Source of the DNA: a virus
Lineage: Duplodnaviria > Caudoviricetes
Length of the DNA: 64,000 bases
Direction: 5' to 3' (one strand)
IMG/VR virus record: IMGVR_UViG_2728368993_000001
Span: 50,818 to 114,817 of that record
Shown here: positions 60,878 through 64,000 of the stretch, one piece after another
How positions within the stretch are numbered: position 1 is the stretch's first letter
Layout: every line of letters starts with the position of its first letter
The notes under the pieces: model-generated
Told to the model about the DNA's origin: nothing
Database searches by the model: none
What the model saw: the letters and a program-made list of their open reading frames with translations, nothing else
Made by a program: the position numbers and the translations under genes

Positions 60878-61318
60878 GTGGGTTGGATTAAAGAAAAGGT
60901 TATTGAACTTACGAAGAAATATGATACTAGAGATCCATTCGAACTTGCTTCATGCTTAAATGTGTTTGTGTTCGAATGGGACTTTCACGAAGAAATCAAC
61001 GGGGTATACAAGTATGACAAACGAAACAAGTACATATACATCAATTCCAATTTAAATATAAATAATAAATTGTTTACTTGTGCTCATGAGCTAGGCCATG
61101 TTGTACTCCATCCTAGAGCCAACACCCCTTTCATGAGAAAAAATACACTATTATCCGTGGATAAGATCGAAAAAGAAGCTAATCGATTTGCTGTTGAATT
61201 GCTGGTTCCTGACGAAGCTTTGTATGACTACCAAGATAGCAATCTATCAATACATGAAATATGTGAGCAATACTCAGTTCCTAAGGAGTTAGCGTGCATA
61301 AAAAATTTTAACAATTAA
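60878..61318 (+). CDS. immA: ImmA/IrrE metallopeptidase anti-repressor
   Basis: CAHELGH, EKEANRFAVELL. Confidence 0.92.
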   Translation: MGWIKEKVIELTKKYDTRDPFELASCLNVFVFEWDFHEEINGVYKYDKRNKYIYINSNLNINNKLFTCAHELGHVVLHPRANTPFMRKNTLLSVDKIEKEANRFAVELLVPDEALYDYQDSNLSIHEICEQYSVPKELACIKNFNN

Positions 61319-61519
61319 CTAGGTATATCCACACATTACTATTTCATCACGAAAATACATTCGTGTTTTTATTTTAGGCACCGATGGGTCAATTGCCCAT
61401 ATATACATAAATATCACATTCGATAGGAGGTTTATAAATGAGCTGAAATTGTCCTTTTCGTATAAACAGTTTCAGTTGTCTTTGCAAATTTATATATTAA
61501 AGATAAACGGGGTGTAGAT

Positions 61520-62257
61520 TTGATAGCTATTTTCATAATAGGCTTTCTAGTATTTTTATTTTCTTTAACCTACCTAATTTTTCATTTTATTAAAAAGATA
61601 AAAAATAGGAACCGCACACTATCGAAAAAAATCTTCTATTCTACTTTTGTAGGGGGGTTACTCTTATTTATTGTCGGGGGTTCTTTTATGGATACTGGAA
61701 TACAGGATCAATTAAATGAAGCCTTAGCAAATAATGAAAAATTAACTTCTGAAGTCAATGAACTGAAGTCTAAGGTTAAAGAACTACAAAAAAGTAATAA
61801 GGATCTAATTACAGCTAATGAGAAATTAGATAAAGACTTAAAAGATACAACAACTAAGGTTACAGCATTAGAACAAGCTAAACAGGAGCTAAACGATCAA
61901 AAAACTACCTTTGAACAGGACAAGGTCGGTCTCAATAAACAAATCACGGATTTAGATGCTAAAAATAAAACTTTAGAGAGCGAAGTTACTAGTTTAAAAG
62001 AACAACTTACAAACAAAAACACAACAGCTAGCGCAAACAAGAGTTCAAACTCTAACACATCAGGAACAACAAATAAGACTGCTTCATCATCTAATAGCTC
62101 GAGCCCAAAAACTGCTACGGATACTACTGGTGGAAATGAAACCTTTGCTAATTGCACTGAACTTAGAAAAGTTTACCCCAACGGAGTACCGAGCTCTCAT
62201 TCAGCCTATCAATCAAAAATGGACCGTGATAAAGACAATTATGCTTGCGAGAGATAA
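61520..62257 (+). CDS. Membrane-anchored coiled-coil protein with excalibur Ca-binding domain
   Basis: Two TM, heptads, FANCTEL...YQSKMDRDKDNYACE. Confidence 0.88.
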   Translation: MIAIFIIGFLVFLFSLTYLIFHFIKKIKNRNRTLSKKIFYSTFVGGLLLFIVGGSFMDTGIQDQLNEALANNEKLTSEVNELKSKVKELQKSNKDLITANEKLDKDLKDTTTKVTALEQAKQELNDQKTTFEQDKVGLNKQITDLDAKNKTLESEVTSLKEQLTNKNTTASANKSSNSNTSGTTNKTASSSNSSSPKTATDTTGGNETFANCTELRKVYPNGVPSSHSAYQSKMDRDKDNYACER

Positions 62258-62298
62258 ATAGATTGCCCTCCCCTGGGCTTTTCTTTTAAAACTAAAAC

Positions 62299-62312
62299 AG
62301 AACATATATTCT
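62299..62312 (+). promoter_or_regulatory. LexA (SOS) box
   Basis: AGAACATATATTCT just upstream of the GGAGG RBS. Confidence 0.65.
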
Positions 62313-62326
62313 ATATCGGAGGTTTC

Positions 62327-62521
62327 ATGATGAATGCTAAAAACGAAATTGAAAAATTCAATCTACAAGAAGAAATTAAGAAGTCTAAACAAACAGGCGT
62401 GAAGTTGGTGAAAGTCCCTCTGCTCAATAATTTTAGATTAGTAGACGGTAAATTGCAATATGACATCGAAGATTATATCGAGACGCCTATACATTTTTTG
62501 AAAGATGAAAAATTGAATTAA
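62327..62521 (+). CDS. 64-aa hypothetical protein upstream of the integrase
   Basis: RBS; homologue at 762-958. Confidence 0.8.
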   Translation: MMNAKNEIEKFNLQEEIKKSKQTGVKLVKVPLLNNFRLVDGKLQYDIEDYIETPIHFLKDEKLN

Positions 62522-62533
62522 GGAGTCGCGCAT

Positions 62534-62816
62534 GCGCGTATCATCATCATCTATATTCTTATTCTCTTTCTTATTCTCTTTCTTATTCTTAGTTCTTCTT
62601 CTTCCCCCTAGTCTATGGATAGTCTATGCATACCCTATCGATACCGTATAGATATGGTATAAAACCTTTATGTATCAAGGGTTACAGCAATTTCAACAAA
62701 TATGTAAAATCTATCCTATAGATACTGTACTTATACCATATCCGTAGTGTTTCTATAGAGTATGCATACGGTATCTACACCCTATTTATACCGTATGCAA
62801 GGAGTATAGATAGACC
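62534..62816. repeat. Pyrimidine tract plus two 11-bp-phased iteron-like arrays (5 + 9 units)
   Basis: Units from 62608 to 62662 and from 62711 to 62809; consensus ATA-N3-TAT-NN. Confidence 0.88.
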
Positions 62817-62830
62817 TTAAAAATGAAAGG

Positions 62831-64000
62831 TTGTGGAATATATTGGCATACTTCCGGAAAGTGAAAGCAAAAAATAAAAAAGGATATACTTGGGCATTTA
62901 CGATTGAAATTGGGATTGATCCTGAAACAGGAAAAAGAAAACAACTCACACGAAGAGGTTTTGAAACTAAAAAAGATGCAGAGATGGCTTCAGGAAAGAT
63001 TCAACAGGAAATAGAGAATGATGAATTTATTCAACCGAAAAAGGTACTTGTAAAAGATTTTATGGTCGACTGGCTAAATAATATTGCTAAACAAAATGTT
63101 AAGCCTTCTACTTTTGCTGGTTATAAAGGGGTTGTTGCTAAAAGGATCATTCCTATATTCGGGGCTTTAAAACTAGAACAACTAAAACCTATTATGATTA
63201 CAAAATATTATAATTCACTCTTAGAAGAAGGATTATCTGAGGAATATATTGATTATATACATTCTATTCTTAAAACATCCTTAAATACTGCTGTAAAATG
63301 GGAATTCATTAAAACAAATCCTGTTGTAAAAGCTGATAAACCTTCTCTTAAGAAAAAAAGCGTTTCAACATGGAGTATAGAAGAATGTAATGCATTTCTC
63401 TCCAAAGCGAACGAAGACAGCAAACCTCATTTTTATATTTTGTATTTATTAGCAATCTATACTGGAATGAGACGAGGAGAAATATTAGGATTGAAATGGA
63501 GCGATATTATTTTTACCCAAAAGAAAATAAGTATTGCTAGGACTCTATATTATATCCACGATCAAGGTATTATTGAACAATCGACCAAAAACGACGGATC
63601 AACTCGTGTAATTTCTATATCTGATATGGTAATAAACGAACTAAAAAAACATCAATTGTGGCAGAAAGAACGTAAACTAGAATATGGTATCCCCTATTCA
63701 GAAGATGGATATATAACAGCTAATCACAAAGGCGAAGCATTGAATCCAAATTACGTTTATAATCATTTTGTAAAAATGACTAAGAAAGCAGGATTAAAGA
63801 AAATACGCTTCCATGATTTACGTCATACACATGCTACAATTATGCTGCAGCTAGGAGAACATCCGAAAATCGTCTCTGAGAGATTAGGACATTCTTCAAT
63901 CGAAATGACGATGAATACCTATTCTCACGTTACACCAGATATGCAGCAAGATTCTTCTGATCGCTTTGAAGAGGCCTTAAAAAACGCGAAAAATCTATAA
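62831..64000 (+). CDS. Tyrosine integrase (intact; start may be TTG 62843)
   Basis: GMRRGE, RFHDLRHTH, LGHS...TYSH. Confidence 0.97.
   Translation: MWNILAYFRKVKAKNKKGYTWAFTIEIGIDPETGKRKQLTRRGFETKKDAEMASGKIQQEIENDEFIQPKKVLVKDFMVDWLNNIAKQNVKPSTFAGYKGVVAKRIIPIFGALKLEQLKPIMITKYYNSLLEEGLSEEYIDYIHSILKTSLNTAVKWEFIKTNPVVKADKPSLKKKSVSTWSIEECNAFLSKANEDSKPHFYILYLLAIYTGMRRGEILGLKWSDIIFTQKKISIARTLYYIHDQGIIEQSTKNDGSTRVISISDMVINELKKHQLWQKERKLEYGIPYSEDGYITANHKGEALNPNYVYNHFVKMTKKAGLKKIRFHDLRHTHATIMLQLGEHPKIVSERLGHSSIEMTMNTYSHVTPDMQQDSSDRFEEALKNAKNL

Larger units (their letters stand above)
10100..64000. mobile_element. Temperate myovirus prophage (PBSX/Xkd-type tail); attL approximately 9870-10140, attR beyond the window
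   Basis: Lysis, tail, head, packaging, replication, lysogeny and integrase modules in canonical order. Confidence 0.95.

Noticed and set aside
62608-62809. CRISPR array or coding sequence
   Set aside because: Degenerate 11-bp tandem units without spacers; the rep-like - strand frames contain stops
1-64000. tRNA or rRNA genes
   Set aside because: None recognised by eye; tRNAscan was not run

Overview
Low-GC Bacillaceae chromosome segment. 1-~2560 is the right end of an integrative element/prophage remnant with a frameshifted tyrosine integrase, inserted at the glnA 3' end. ~2560-9870 is host core: glnA-glnR-ynbB, a TRIC-family gene, spoVK, hfq and miaA, with no hflX. ~10100-64000 is a near-complete temperate myovirus prophage, mostly on the - strand: PBSX/Xkd-type contractile tail, SPP1-type portal, RecT/YqaJ, DnaD-type initiator, ImmR/ImmA switch and integrase. 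Main unexplained signals: (i) 11-bp-phased, origin-like iteron arrays behind a LexA-boxed small ORF, directly upstream of BOTH integrases, while the phage initiator gene lacks such repeats; (ii) two unannotated leaderless paralogous micropeptides (DPGxGG...QGIxRP) resembling concatenated arbitrium-type signals, in a SigH-driven moron array with no receptor gene in the window; (iii) a degenerate DNA methyltransferase fused to a HEPN-like domain inside a transposase-less Tn3-family (Tn1546-like IR) cassette; (iv) a c-di-GMP-I riboswitch ahead of an orphan CheY that needs an ATT start; (v) several candidate defence morons. All family assignments are from motif recognition by eye; no searches were run.
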